Below, one piece after another: positions 13,301 through 27,716 of a stretch of DNA of 64,000 bases (position 1 is its first letter; every line of letters starts with the position of its first letter). Made by a program: the position numbers and the translations under genes. A model generated the notes under the pieces. That model did no database searches. It worked only from the letters and a program-made list of their open reading frames with translations, and was not told the DNA's origin. This DNA comes from Ruditapes philippinarum. Taxonomy: Eukaryota. The stretch covers positions 1-64,000 of the forward strand of contig NW_026866227.1 of assembly GCF_026571515.1 (NCBI RefSeq). Direction: 5' to 3'.

Positions 13301-16300
13301 TACTCATTAATATCAGAATTAATGCATGAAGCACAAGAAGTCTTCTCCTGCCATTAATAAAACAAAGTCACATTATGTTCAACCTTCATTGCCAAGGGTT
13401 GCTGCCTGCTAAGGACATTGGATTATTTCATGTGAGGAAGCTAACCAGCCAGCTTACAGACACGGTTGGTGCTACTACTGCATGTAATAACAGTACATTG
13501 TATATATCAGTCTTCTTCCACTAGTAAATCTAAAAAGTTGTCAAATAACCTTCATATTATCACTTGACTTAAAACTCAACAAACCAGTCATATTATGAGA
13601 ATGGTTTATAACAGTCATTTTCCAACAGGAAAGTTTTCTTGCCTACAGAAAAAAGTGCCATAAATAGGGTTGTGTAAGAGGAAGCCAACATGTGTAGTTG
13701 TCATAGTTACTGCAATTTTGAAAATAATTATATACATGTATTTCATTTATATTTTTCTAGTTATTTTCTATATATTGTCTAGGTGTTGATAATTGGACAG
13801 AAGTTTATATTGAGAGAGAAAAGAAATGGTTATGTAAGTTAAAATATAATGTTAATGTCTTTAAGTTCTTTATACTTTTAAGGATTTTCAGAATTAATTT
13901 TTATATTAGATCTATGTTAGAATTAATTTTATCTAATAAAGAAACTAAAGCATTAACTTATTTTATTGCTTTTGTTTATGTTTTAAATCAAGTTTATTTA
14001 CATGGTAAATTTACATGTTTAGATTATATTTTGTTATATCTATATTTAAAATATGGATGTATTTAATCTGCTGTTTTGAAAGGTAATTTTACCTGAAGAC
14101 AAAATATTTGAAAAATATGGTTTCATTTTGACCTTGATTATTATATATATTCTGATTATGTTATAGGTGTAGACTGTGTCAAGTTACAAGTTATGAAACC
14201 ATATGAAATAGAAAATAAAGCTACACAACCAGTCAGCTATGTGGTAGGAATCACACAAGGTAATTGTTTATACAAGAGTTTCCTCCCCTTATGTTTGATA
14301 TAATGTTTGTAGAGAACTTATTGGAGGAGGGTTATTTTGATAAGTACAAGAGTTTCTTCCCCTTAATTTGATATAATGTTTATAGAGAACTTATTGGAGA
14401 AGGGAAATCTTGATAAGTACAAAAGTTTTTAGAATCATAACAGTAATTGTGTGAATAAGATAAAAGTATGATAAATATTTCTAGACTTCGTTCTCTATTA
14501 TAGCCTCTGCAGTGGCATTATTATAAGAATTTCTAGAAATGGTTCTTTAACATGAATTCTTTGAAAATGACAGGTCACTGTAAAATTAGTGCATCATTAT
14601 TTTATCTTTAATCCTCTTCGCTGCATGATTTTTACTTTATCCAATGAAATCTTTTTCCTGTTTTGTTTATTGACTTATAATATTAATACAATGTACCTTT
14701 TTAGCTCACCTGTTACAAAGTGACAGGGTGTGCTTTTGTGATCCCTTTTCGTCCGGCGTCCGTCTGTCGTCCGTCCGTCCGTCCGTAAACTTTTACTTTA
14801 AATGACATCTCCTCATAAACCTCTAAGCCAATTTCATCCAAACTTCACAGGAATGTTCCTTTGGTGGTCACCTTCAAAAATTGTTCAAAGAATTTAATTC
14901 CATGCAGAACTCTGGTTGCCATGGCAACCGAAAGAAAAAACTTTAAATATCTTCTTTTAAAAAACCCTAAGAGCTAGAGCTTAGATATTTTGCATGGATC
15001 ATCTTCTAGTGAGTGTCTACCAAGTTTGTTAAAAGAAAATCCCTGGGGTCAAAATTGGCCCCGCCCCAGGGGGTCATTGATTTTCCCTATATGCATATAG
15101 TAAAAGCTTAAAAATTCTTCTTTTAAAGAACCCAAAGAGCTAGAGCTAAGATATTCAGCATGAAACATCTTCTAATGAGTGTGTACCAAGTTTGTTCAAA
15201 TAAAACCCTGGGGTCAAAATTGGCCCTGCCCCAGGTGGTCATTGATTTTCCCTATATGCATATAGTAAAAACTTAAAAATTCTTCTTTTAAAGAACCGAA
15301 AGAGCTAGAGCTAAGATATTCAGCATGAAACATCTTCTAATGATGTGTACCAAGTTTGTTCAAATAAAAGCCCTGGGGTCAAAATTGGCCCTGCCCCAGG
15401 GGGTCATTGATTTTCCCTATATGCATATAGTAAAAACTTACAAAATCTTCTTTGAAAGAACTCAAAGAGCTAGAGCTAAGATATTCAGCAGGAAACATCT
15501 TCTTATGTGTGTCTACTTAGTTTGTTCAAATAAAAGCCCTGGGGTCAAAATTGGCCCTGCCCAGGGGGTCATTGATTTTCCTTATATGTGTATAGCAAAA
15601 ACTTAAATAATCTTCTTTGAAAAAACCCAAATAGCTAAAGTTTAGATATTAAGCATGAAACATCTTCTAGTGAGTGTCTACAAAGTTTGTTCAAATAATA
15701 GTCCTGTGGTCAAAATTGGCCCCGCCCCGGGGGTTCTTGATTTTCCCTATATATGCATATAGTAACAAACTTAAAAAGTCTTCTTTGAAAAAACCAAAAT
15801 AGCTAGAGTGAGATATTAAGCTTGAAACATCTTCTAATAAGTGTCTACAAAGTTTGTTCAAATAAAAGCCCCGGGGTCAAAACTGGCCCTGCCCCAGGGG
15901 TGTCACTGTTTTAAACTATATGTGTGTAGTAAAAACTTACAAAATCTTCTTTTAAAAAACCCAATGAACTAGAGCTTACAGGGGGATGAGATCATTGTTT
16001 TTCATTACATATGTGTACTAAAAGCTTAACATTGTGAAACATCTTCTAATGAGTGTCTTCCAAGTTTGTTCAAATAAAAGCCCTGGGGTTTAAACTGGCC
16101 CTGCTCCGGGGCCTATATACAGGTGAGCGACCTCAGGGCCATCATGGCCCTCTTGTTTCAATATTTCATAACACAAGGTTGTTTATCTGGAAACTCTATC
16201 CCATGATGTTATTAGAGGGTTATTTATAGAGTATTTTATTTTATGATATTATTAGAGGGTTATATACGAGATGTAACAGCAAGGTATGCTAGCCAGTGGT

Positions 16301-19300
16301 TAACAGAGACAAGGAAACATCGTGTAGACAACGAGTGGTGGGACGAGACATTACAGCCGTATAAATGTCCCGACAAGACAAGAGACCAGCAGGAGGATCA
16401 CGAACTGAGCTCTCAACTTCAGCAGCGCCCTCTACCTACATCTATCGGAGCATTTAAAAGTCATCCATTGTAAATATTCTTCCACTTTAATTTGCACATA
16501 GCTTTGAGGTACTTATTGTAGTAACACTTTGAGAATGTTTCGTTTTAAGTAAAAAGACTACCTACACATATATCCACAAACTCCGCACAGTGATAACCTC
16601 CCTTGGTAGAATTGTAATCACTGCCTTCACAGACGTCACATGATGATGAAAGTCACATGAAGTAACATCGAAATTCAAATGTAAATATCAACCGTTACAT
16701 AGAAAATCTAAAGTCATTTTTGTCTTTCTGTTTTATTTTTAACTTTTCGTACCTACGTTCATTATAGTTTATCCAAAAAAATATCAAAAGTATACAAAAT
16801 AATGAAAAATGAATTCAAAAGCTAAGAAATATAAAATATTAAAATAGTGATAAAAAAATTTTGTGATGGCAGAGATTTCTGTACTGATAAGGGGAGATCA
16901 CTGCATAGGAGATTGATATATCCAGTATATTACAGTAATAAATTGTGTTAATTTGATAGTTTATTAGTCCCCTACCGGTTTACCGGAGGGGACTTTAGGT
17001 TTACCCTCCGTCCGTCTGTCCGTCCGTCTGTCCGTCCGTCCGTCTGTCTGTCAGTCCGTCAGTCCGTCTGTCCACAAAACTGGATCCCGCGATAACTTGA
17101 AAAGTACTGAAAATATTTTTATGAAACTTGATATATGGATAGATGGCAGTATGGAGATTATGCACGTCTTTTTCTTTTCTTCCTATGTTGAAAATTCTGG
17201 TTGCTATGGCAACAGATAGGCTGAAAATATGGCAAATTTTACACATAAACTGGATCCAGTGTTAACGCAAAAAGTACTGGAAATATTTTTATGAAACTTG
17301 ATATATGGATAGATGGCAGTATGGAGATTATCGTGTCTTTTTCTTTTCTTCCTATGTTGAAAATTCTGGTTGCTATGGCAACAAATAGACTGAAAATATG
17401 GCAATTTTTACAAATAAACTGGATCCAGTGTTAACGCAAAAAGTAATAGAAATATTTTTATGAAACTTGTAATATGTGTAGATGGCAGTCTGGAGATTAT
17501 ACACGTCTTTTTCTTTTCTTCCTATGTTGAAAATTCTGGTTGCTATGGCAACACATAGACTGAAAATATGGCAAATTTTACACATAAACTGAATCCAGTG
17601 ATAACTCAAAAAGTACTGGAAATATTTTTATGAAACTTGACATATGGATAGATGGCAGTCTTGAGATAATGCATGTCTTATCTGTTTTTCCTATTTTGAA
17701 AAAATATTGGTTGCCTTGGCAACAAATAGGCTTAAAACATGGCAAATATAACAATATTTGTGATTAGTCAAAAAGAGCTGAAACTTTTTATGAAATTGCA
17801 TCTTTAATTCCAGAGTTATCTCCTCTTTAAGAATTTTGCTTTTTAAAATGTTATATTTTGGTAACAGGGATGTTTCAAATATTAACTTTAGAGTGTCCTT
17901 CAGTCCGTCTGTCTGTCTGTTCATAAAAACTTTTTCCTGTGATCACTTTTAAAGAACATTTCCAACAAATTTACTTAAAATAGAGAAAAATTTACACATT
18001 AGTCAATGGCCAATGGCCCTTCAGAATGCTGATGGGGTTCTATCCGGTAGGGGACTTCTGGATTGCTTGCAATACTATGATAATTGCTTGTTTAAATTCG
18101 GCATCATGATTTAAGACAAAATTGTATGATCTGAATTTTTTTTCCACTATTTCTAGATATGTTTTGAAGAGACATCTTTTAAAGTTTGAAGCTTTGTACC
18201 CGGACACTGCGATACCTGTAGGATATATACGAGGCGAACCAGTTTATGCTAGAGAATGTGTTCATACTGTACGTACATGTTATGATCTTCTAACATTGTT
18301 TCCATCGTCAAGTGGTTGAAGTTGCTGCTTTTAAACTACATGTATTCCCCCCTTCCCAGATGTTTGTACAAATCCTGCCAGGGATGATGAATTTCTTTAT
18401 GTGAGGAAATTGTCTGACTATTACGAGGAAGGTGAGTGGTTCTACTCGTGCGCATCCTGCTTGCAGCCAAAATGATGCAAAGATCTCTAAACCTGCTACA
18501 TGACCTTTACAGTTATGTTTTAATAAGAAACTTCATGATGTAAATACAGGTTACCTGGGGAAGACATCAAAAATTCAGATTACACTGAAATGTATTATAC
18601 TGACCTCTGTACTAGTAATGCTGACTTCTATACTAGCAACATGAACAAATTATAATAAACCTCTAGCTACCATTATTTTATATGATTTTACAGTCAGATT
18701 ATGTAAAGGAGCTTGATTTTGATTTTAATAAAATTTTGAGTTTTAAAATCAGAACATTCAATATTTGATATTCATTGTTAATATGATTTACTGTGTGGAA
18801 ACATAAAATGTTGCAGGTTGTTTGATTGCAACCATAATATGTAACTGTATTAAAAAAATTGACTCAAATTTGTAATGGTTCTACAAACTTTAATCAAAAA
18901 TGTTTTCAAGTTTTTTTTGTTTTTTTTAAATCAATCAGCTCAATGTAAAAGGTATTTTAAGTATAGACCTTTGTTTCCAGCTTCATTCCAGAGAAAATTG
19001 GTTAAAGGAAGGCAGGGCAGTTAGGGTAAGAAAATAAATTACTATAGATTTTCTATACTCATTTAATTGGCTGAGTCTTAAGTATAAGTTTATCTTCCAT
19101 ATGTACCAAAGCTCTGTGCTTGAACCAAGGTATGTACGTTCACAAGTCTTCCTCCGCTAGCTGTGCTGGAATGTTCTGTTCTTGTCATCCCATGTGTTAC
19201 TGTGACTTAAATCTCCAATCATTATGATATAAATGTTAACATACACAACTTAAAACCACACAATCACATACCCGTGTCGATTTTGCGACTCCATAAAAAG

Positions 19301-22300
19301 GGTATTGCACAGCCGTGCATATATTTTGATGTGACATCATTTACTGTATACAAACATAGTGCTAAATGTTAGTGCTCCACTTAAAGGGCATTGTGAAAAA
19401 TAATTATTTTTTCACTCTAAACACTCTTTATTTTGGATATGTGATAAATAGAATATTATATTCGTGCAAGTTCAATACTGACTTTAATGAACGAGTTGAA
19501 TAAAGATATATTATACTAGCCTCTGGCAAGCATAATATTATTTTATTCAAGGAGTTCAATAAACTTAGTTATTCAATATCCTTTATATATATATTTTTGA
19601 ATTCTTACATTATAAACTTAAATATGTTTTGAAGGTTTTGTCAATGAAAGAAAAGAAGTTATCTCCCCTTCTTTGAGATATAGAAATATGATATAGAAAT
19701 ATGTATAACACAATTTCAGGTTGGAGAAGAACCGTACAAGTTTGTGAAATCAAGACCAAAATGGGTAAGTTATCTGCAATATACAGATGTGTGTTTTGAA
19801 ATCACTTTTTAATAAGTGTTATACATGTATCATGAAATTGCCTTTCATAGATTAAAACTTAGTACAGTGAAATTTGAGAAAACCGGACGCTGAGAAAATC
19901 GGAACTCTTTAAATACCTGACGAATGATTCAGTCCCAAATTTTCCATTCTTTAAACTATTGTATTAAACATTGACAATACCGGAATCTGTAAAAAACCTA
20001 ATATCGGACGGTTGATAGGGGACTACAAAGTCAATAATATAGACAATTACCCTGACAATAACGGACGATGAAGGTGTGAATAACTTTGTGTACTTATCAA
20101 TTGGTTGTGTCTAATACGTTAATTGAGCGGTAACGGAACAATGATTGTCTGATTTGTTAATTATGTCTCATTTCACAGTTTGATTTATTTTAAGGTATAT
20201 ATGTTACCGTTTTATATAAATGCCAAAATGCACGAGGAATTGATGAGTAAAAATCAGTTGACGAGAGCTGTCTATAAGTGACAAATTTAAAATAATTAAA
20301 AACAGTGAAACTTTGCCAAGACCTACTTTAAAAATCTTTATCTGACAAATATGGTATAGGCAATATTTACAATTGGGGAATTATTATAAACAAACAAAGT
20401 AATCTACATGTATGTTCGTTAAATCATTATTCATTACCCAAATGTAAACATATGCGGGTGTAATCGGACTTTATCGTTATGATGTAATTGTTGATTGTTT
20501 GAATCCAAACTTTTATTGTATTCATATGCAATCTGGGACATGAGTAATCTTATGTCCCACTAGCAATAATGGGACAAAAACAATTAAAAAATATTTTATA
20601 GATTTTTTATCATTCCTTTATTTAGCAATATACTTACTCATAATGATGAAAATGCAAAACATATGTTCAGCATCCTTTGTAAGTTATTGCTCGGTTTATA
20701 TGATCCTGAACAGCTGAATGGGACATTGAGAATACCGGACCACTGAGAAAATCGGACAAAACCCTCGCTCCGAAAGCCATCCGGTTTTCTCAACTTTCAC
20801 TGTATTACAGTTATTTGTATTTCCACTAATAAATAAAAACCAACAGTGCTTTCTCAAATCACACTGCAAGATATAAAGAAACATCAACAAAAGTGAAAAC
20901 AAGTTTGTAACTTTATTTAAAAAAAAAAAAATATATAATTGATAATATTTAGGAAATAGATATAGGAAATAGATATCAATTTATAGTGCACTGATGTAGA
21001 ATAATGCATGGTTTGAGTTCAAATGCACAGGAATAATTATATAATCACAAAAGGCCAATTAGTCTGAGTGAATAATTGCAAAGCATTTGGGCGATAAACC
21101 ATGCATTATTACAATGCAAGAAAATTTAAAATCTATTTCCATTTTAACATGCTAATAAAAAAGAGAATTGATGAAAATATACTGAAATACATTGAGCATA
21201 GATGTAATTTTCCTGACATCATTTGGTTTATTAACGTTATATTTGACATCATATGGAGTTTAAGCATTCATTTATGGTAGAATAATGCACTTGACAGCCC
21301 TTTCTCTTTGATTGAATAGTGTGGAGCGTGTAAGAATGTACATGTATGTATATTTCAGAATCGGCCGAAAGAAGATCCTGAGGCAAAAGATTTAGAGTTG
21401 TTTGGCCTGTGGCAGACAGAGCTGTATATACCACCACCTGCTATTGATGTTAGTATATTATACATAACAGTAGCATATTGTCTTATCTTCCTTGTAAATT
21501 TATACTTAAACATATATTTGTTGGTTTGTCCGGCTTTTTAAACTTCCATTACACCATTTGTTTCTGATAGCACCTCCTGTATGAACTCATTCCTTAAAGA
21601 ATTTGTGTCTTAGAACCTCTACTCTTGGTTGAATGGTTCAATTTCACTGAAATTCCAAAAGATTTTCCTCAAAAGTAAGGAACAATGTTGATTCTACTGG
21701 GGATGCCTACTTATGATTGAAAATATGTACAGAGGGGCACTTGAGACTTCAGCTGGAAAGTTGTTATATGCAATTATATACCTGAAAGTCAGTAACATTT
21801 ACTTGTTGGAAAGACAACTTTGACTCAAAATCACAGATTATCTTTATTGTCTTTGTGTATACTTGTATTTACAATTTTGACCAACCAAAACAAACTTCAC
21901 TATAAAAGTCAGTCTCTATAATTTACTTTTGACATTTTGTATATTTTATGTAATTTTTGTTGATACTTTAACTGTTAATAAAAACAAAACATTCCAGTCT
22001 GAGGCCTGTGTTGAAGACAAGTTGAACTTGCTTCTGATACAGTGGAAAAAAATGTTTTGTGGCAGTTTTTGCAAACAAAAAAGTTGAGGTCAACATCAAC
22101 AAAAAAAGTTTATCAAATTTACCAACAAAAAATATCACCATCTGTCTTGCTCTTATGTAACTATGTTATCATATGCATGTTGTTTTAGGGAAATGTATAA
22201 ACAATTAAATTGAACAAGTGTGAGAGTTATCTCTCTTACAAGTCTTTGGTTTGAATGGAACTACTGTAACCTAGTGACATGCAGACATTATTATGCTATA

Positions 22301-25300
22301 TAAATGATTTAATTTTATACATAAATTGACAGGGTAAAGTACCAAGAAATGCTCATGGTAATGTAGAAATGTTTCTACCTTCAATGTTACCTGCAGGGAC
22401 GGTCCATTTAAAAGGTAAGTTAAACTATGGTTACTTATACTTGTTTATCTGAAAGTCACCGTGTCCACATAAATCATTTCAAACAGTGATTAATTACATT
22501 AATCATAATGATAATGTCATCAACAAACTTTCACAGACATGTATGTACAGCAAACAATACTAATAGATGACAAAGTTGGAATTAATGTTCACATTTAGGG
22601 AGTATAGGATTGTTATTGCATGTGATATGCACAGGGAGACTTTTTATAACCTCTAGTATTTAAGTTTTAGTCAGTTTTTCATTACAGAAAAATGTTAAAA
22701 CACTGATTATGTTTATTTTCTTGCCTGTATTTATGAAGTAATAAGTTACATATATGCTGATGTGCTTGCTGTTATGTTATTATATATATATGGTCATTTT
22801 ACTTCTACCTTATTGTACATAATTTACTTTATAACATACAGTTAAAATGTTCGCTAATATATAAGTGGTATTAGATATAATAATAATGCAAATGAATTCA
22901 CTCAAGTTTTAATTGGTTTATACACTTTTTGTATGATGCCATAAATTATATGCTGTGAAAAACAGAAGCATGTTAAAATAACAATTTATTGTCTATACTT
23001 TTAATTTTATTGTTGAGTTTGTTCTATATGGCATATTTCTTTATTCAAATGTTATTTCTGAAAAAAAAAACAGTCAAAAGATACAAAGCTATGATGACTT
23101 AATATTTTAAATAACTTAAATGCATAGCTGTTGAACATCTGACGCCATCTTAATTTTGTGTGCCTTTTTTCCATCCTTCTTTGAAAACAGTTAAAAGTTG
23201 ATGTGTTTTGTTATGAACTTGTTGTCAATACAGTTTGTATTATTATTAAATCGCTATGCAAGTTGTTGATGGAATTATAATAATAGAGGAGAATATGGCC
23301 TTCTGATATAAATGTAATCCTCAGCTAGCACCTTTAGGTCATATATCACATTTAGGCTATATTTTCCCATATATCCCTTCATCAACTTGTATAATTAACA
23401 TTATATAAATGCCAAAACTTGTTTATTTTCAGTTCCAGCTTTAAACAAGGTGGCTAAGAAGTTAGATATAGACTGTGCACCAGCTATGGTCGGCTGGGAT
23501 CATCATTGTGGTTTCTCACATCCACTGTAAGTTTATTACTCTGTACTGTCTAATTTGTTAAAGTATTTGGTTTAGCAGTGGAAATTATTTACTGTATGAT
23601 AATAAATGAAAATAACACATGTCAATTGCAGTCATTGAATTTAAGATTTTGAATTTACTGGCCCGAATTCCAGTTTTGAATTTATTCTACTATATATTTA
23701 ACTAAATTTTCTTAAAATTTACACTGACCCGGGCCAATGGGCCAGTGCTATATTCGATGACTGCAATTGGTACACAACAGTTACTATGTTTATTCTAACA
23801 ATTTTAATTCAAACAATTTTCCTATGAGAATGGAAAAGGCAAACACAGAAAATAATTTTATGAAATGTGAATTTTGACTATAAGCATCTCTTTGACACAG
23901 ATCTGTGATTGCCCCAAAGTCTATTTTCAGATGTATGTAAGTGTTTGTGACCCAGTTGCCTTTTCCCTATGGTTAATTCAAAACAAAAGTCGAGGGTTGC
24001 TGGTTTGTGTATAATTTGTAGTAGACACTAATATATCATATACAGTCCATCAGATCAACATTTCAACACATACATAGCACACATATATCATAGTACTAGC
24101 GTAGCATAGCAACAAGCCCTGAAAATATACATATTAAACATTCCTTACATCATGAAATATATGATACAACATATATATATTATCTTTAAATACATGTGTA
24201 ACAAATCCATTATATCAACAGATCAGTCCATAGGAATATTCTAAAAATTTTACCTTTTCGAAATAAGATCATTCATACACAAAATACATATCTGATCCTA
24301 CTGAACTTGCATCTAGTGACCACTTAACCAGTTATTTCTAAAAACAATATTAAATGTATCATTACCTTAAAAATATACATGTAGTTACAAAATATATAAT
24401 AATTACATATAAACATAACATACCTACATCACACCTGTCTGTCTCACTGTGCTGTGAATTATGCTGTATAACTGTAATTTACAAACATCAGTGTAATACA
24501 AATATAAACAGTGATTTCTATGAATTACTGTAAGACAAGAAAGTATGTTGCCATCTGGAATTCTAACACTCAAGAATATTACTAATTTATCAAAATAACT
24601 TCTATCAAATCCACAACTGTATTAATTGAAATAAGTCTTCATTTAGTTGACATTAGAATATTTAAGAACAAATAAATAAAACATGCCAATACCAAATTCC
24701 TCAAACCTTAATATTTAAATGATAATTTCTAAGTCAGAAAACACATATACATGTCACAATGACCATCAACTTCTGATAACACAAAGAATGACCTCAGATG
24801 ACCCTAACTTTAGGATGGAAATGTTAAGGATGAGCAGATAGCATATTAAAATTTTGGTCAAAGGGACATAATCACACAAAGCTAAGATTAAAATCAAACA
24901 AGGTGGACAGATTTGTCTTTCTTGGAAAATAAGAATAGACCTTAAAAATAGCACTTGGGATATGTATTTTGGAAATTATGTTCTGGGGTTTAAGACAAAT
25001 ATGTGATAGAACTGGCAAATAATGCACAAATTTAAACAATCAGTGTTATGTGAGATATAATCATATACAACTATATTTCCATATTGTAGGGAATTCAATA
25101 CGAACAACTTTTCATTACTACAACAAATCTTGCTTTGTTCCTAACTGTCATGTTTATATGTAGACTTGTTATGTATAATACATATTTATTAATGTTTATA
25201 TTTAAACTTATTATATATAATACATATTTAGTAATGTTTATATTTAAAGCTGCATGCCTCCAGATGAGTCAAAATATTTCAATAAAATCAAACTTGAGAA

Positions 25301-27716
25301 ATATGTACTAAGATTTTAGGAAAAGTAAAATGATTAAGATTCAAGTAATATTTTACATGTTATGTGCGGTTAATGACTGATTTTTCGGTAATTACAAGTA
25401 TATTTCTACTGCTTTACTAAGGCAGTAAGGGCTATTTATGCATATTTTGACCATTTTTTGGTAATTTACGTGGTTATAAGTGCCATTGATAATGTGTAAA
25501 TTGCTTCCTTTTGGTTATTTCACAATATTATTCATTCAAATACATTTTCAAAATTTTCATGAAAATTAGAATGAATCTGGAGGCGTGCTGCTTTAAACTT
25601 ATTATGTATAATACATATTAAGTTATGTTTATAATTATTTAAACTTGTTATGTATAAAACATATTTATTAATGTTTATATTTAAACTTGTTAAGTATAAT
25701 ACATATTTTTCATGTATAGAATGGATGGTTGGATAGTATGTGAGGAATATAAAGACATTCTATTAGCTGCCTGGGATGAAGAACAAGAAATTATTAGAGA
25801 AAAAGAACAACAAGTAAGTATATTACCAAGTTAGTGATCATAACAAGTAATTTTTATACCAGAAGTGGTAAGTAAGTAACATTCTTACTTGAGTAAGTGG
25901 TAACAACAAATCAATATTACACAAGCTAAAAACTGGACAGTTACAAACAGGTTATGAAATTAATTAAGTAAATAGATAGAAAATAAAATACCCTTGGTAA
26001 ATATATAAATCTATGTTTTATGGTAAAACGATCTGTTAACCACATACAGACATGATATATAAACAATACTTCATGGAAAGGTATTAATATAAGTGTTATG
26101 CTTGTTTTCCAATCCATATATATTGTGATGTAAAAATGTAACATGCTTGTAAAATTGATAAATAAAATATGTTTAAAGTAATACTTCATTAGACATGTTG
26201 TTATAATTTTGTTTGTTTAGAAACGAGAGAAGAGAGTTTATGACAACTGGAGGAAACTAATCAGGGGAATGATGATAAAAGAAAGGTTAAAGAAACGATT
26301 TGATCTGGAGGCAAGTTAAATACGTGTAATTCTTCATCTTAAGCTCGACATGTAATATAGTCTGGAAATCCTACTAACCTTGGCATAGGCATAACATTTA
26401 ATGACTTGTAACTAAGTTAATCACTTCACTTATGTACTTGGAAACGTATCTGTAGGTCACTTTCATAAGATTATAGATGGTGATTATCATTTCTTTATAA
26501 CCCACTTATCTATTTTGAACCACAGTGTTATCTATGTCTTATTTTCAGAAATTCTGCAGTATGTCAAAAATATGTATGCCAGTTCAGATTGACAGCTTCA
26601 TAACATTTAATGACTCTTAAAAAAAAAAGTAATTCAGTTAAAACATGCACTTGGAATCATATATGTAGGTTAATTTCATAAGATTATACATGTCAGTACA
26701 TGTACTTTCAAATTCACTGTATGTTATGTTCATGTATATATATATACACACCATACATAGAGGGGAGTATAATTTCTTTATAACACACTTACCTATTTTG
26801 AAGTACAGTGTTATCTACGACTCATTTTCAGAAATTCTGCAGTACGTCGAACCTTTTGAATGTTTTTCCTTTGGCAATTTCATAACAAACATGGATTTGT
26901 TTATAGTGTACCTCTGTTCAAATTTAAAAAGTTTTCTGTCTACAATTTTTATTAAAATTTACGTTTTTATTGTATGAAAAGGTTTTTATCAATTCCTGCA
27001 CTGCTATGATAAAAATTATAATGTTTATTATTGTTTTCATAATGGCCCTGTTATTGGGCTGAAGACTGACATCCAAAGATAATGGCCTTGTTATTGGGCT
27101 GAAGACTGTCATCCAAAGGCTAATATGACAGTCTAAAAGCCCAATAACAAGGCCATTATGAAAACACTTGGATTATTGACAATTTTGTTCATTAACTATA
27201 CATAATATAAAAAAGTTAAGTACTTAGTGAACAAAAAATAACTAATGAGAAATTCCAATGTTGTGAGATAATCAAAGTTGTCCAATCTCATAATAGCCGA
27301 GTTTTCTTATAAAGGCCGTACTTTTTGTATATTGGCCTTGTTTTATGGTCATAATGTTGTGGTGAACTTCATATTAGCCTTACATTTGAAGTGAAAACGT
27401 TCCTAAAATTGAAAAGTTGATTAATAATGGATCATATTCAATAAAATATGTATGCCAATTCAGATTGACAGCTTCATTTGAGATGCATGTGTCACTTTAC
27501 AGTCTTTATTGAAATATTCTGTTACTACTTGTTATACAGGAGAAACCAGTAGAGGATGGTAATAAACCTGATGATATAGTAAAACCTGACAATAAACAAC
27601 AACCAGCAGGTACAACAAATAAAGTTGTAGAGAAAGCAACAGACAAGAAACATGCCTGGCCTCAAAATAGAATGGTGAACAAACAACAACATGTATGTGC
27701 TGTAGAGGAACTCTGA
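4397..27716 (+). CDS. XPC: DNA repair protein XPC (Rad4 family), multi-exon
   Basis: Phase-consistent exons: ~4397-5691 (error-ridden), 6275-6362, 7092-7179, 8034-8222, 9605-9661, 10037-10126, 11325-11785, 13120-13238, 13783-13833, 14167-14259, 16256-16469, 18157-18268, 18981-19025, 19720-19764, 21359-21448, 22333-22414, 23433-23526, 25720-25813, 26221-26310, 27540-27716. XPC motifs: [115 protein letters not shown]. Confidence 0.95.
7221..7467 (+). mobile_element. tRNA-derived SINE, 5'-truncated, with 12-bp target-site duplication (probably a bivalve Meta-type family)
   Basis: B box GGGTTCGAATCC at 7258-7269, (CAAA)n-like tail, direct repeat AATATAAAGTTT at 7209-7220 and 7468-7479. Decayed copies near 8270-8420, 13340-13580, 18310-18510, 28920-29150 and 53375-53600 (+), and 31845-31980, 35330-35560, 57930-58110 and 60400-60610 (-). 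Confidence 0.85.
8590..9215 (+). mobile_element. Helentron/DINE-1-like non-autonomous element with ~156-161-bp internal repeats
   Basis: 5' hairpin TGTTGCCTTGAAAAGGCGACA, GTCGGC-type microsatellite, about 3 tandem monomers, inverted copy CAAGGCGACAC at 9182, 3' palindrome. Confidence 0.75.
10360..10912. mobile_element. Hairpin-ended non-autonomous element (Crypton/MITE-like)
   Basis: ~150-bp imperfect palindrome at 10370-10525; TTTATTTCATGCTT near 10532 has an inverted copy AAGCATGAAATAAA near 10898. Confidence 0.55.
12215..13048. mobile_element. Tc1/mariner-type MITE
   Basis: TA|CAGTCAAACTT ... AAGTTAGACTG|TA inverted ends with TA flanks. Confidence 0.6.
14271..14422 (+). repeat. Tandem duplication of ~74 bp in an XPC intron
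   Basis: TACAAGAGTTTC..CCCCTTA..TTGATATAATGTTT.TAGAGAACTTATTGGAG occurs twice. Confidence 0.8.
14698..16158 (+). mobile_element. Helentron/DINE-1-like (CvA/Pearl-type) element with ~166-bp satellite array
   Basis: TTTTTAGCTCACCTG start, (GTCC)n microsatellite, monomers at 15045, 15210, 15375, 15541, 15706 and 15873, inverted CAGGTGAGC, 3' palindrome AGGGCCATCATGGCCCT, T-rich end. Confidence 0.85.
16961..18076 (+). mobile_element. Helentron/DINE-1-like element with ~170-bp satellite array
   Basis: AGTCCCCTACCGG (16966) with inverted CCGGTAGGGGACT (18044), (GTCC/GTCT)n tract, monomers at 17079, 17249, 17418 and 17588, 3' palindrome ATTGCTTGCAAT. Confidence 0.85.
19865..20802. mobile_element. 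Tc1/mariner (pogo/Tigger-like) MITE
   Basis: TA|CAGTGAAATTTGAGAAAACCGGA ... TCCGGTTTTCTCAACTTTCACTG|TA. Confidence 0.8.
25248..25592. mobile_element. TTAA-flanked MITE (Kolobok-like)
   Basis: TTAA|AGCTGCATGCCTCCAGAT ... ATCTGGAGGCGTGCTGCT|TTAA; related copies at 58267-58609 and a fragment near 5785. Confidence 0.75.

Noticed and set aside
15325-17924. ORFs inside the satellite arrays
   Set aside because: Translations of repeat monomers with no transposase or Rep/helicase motifs.
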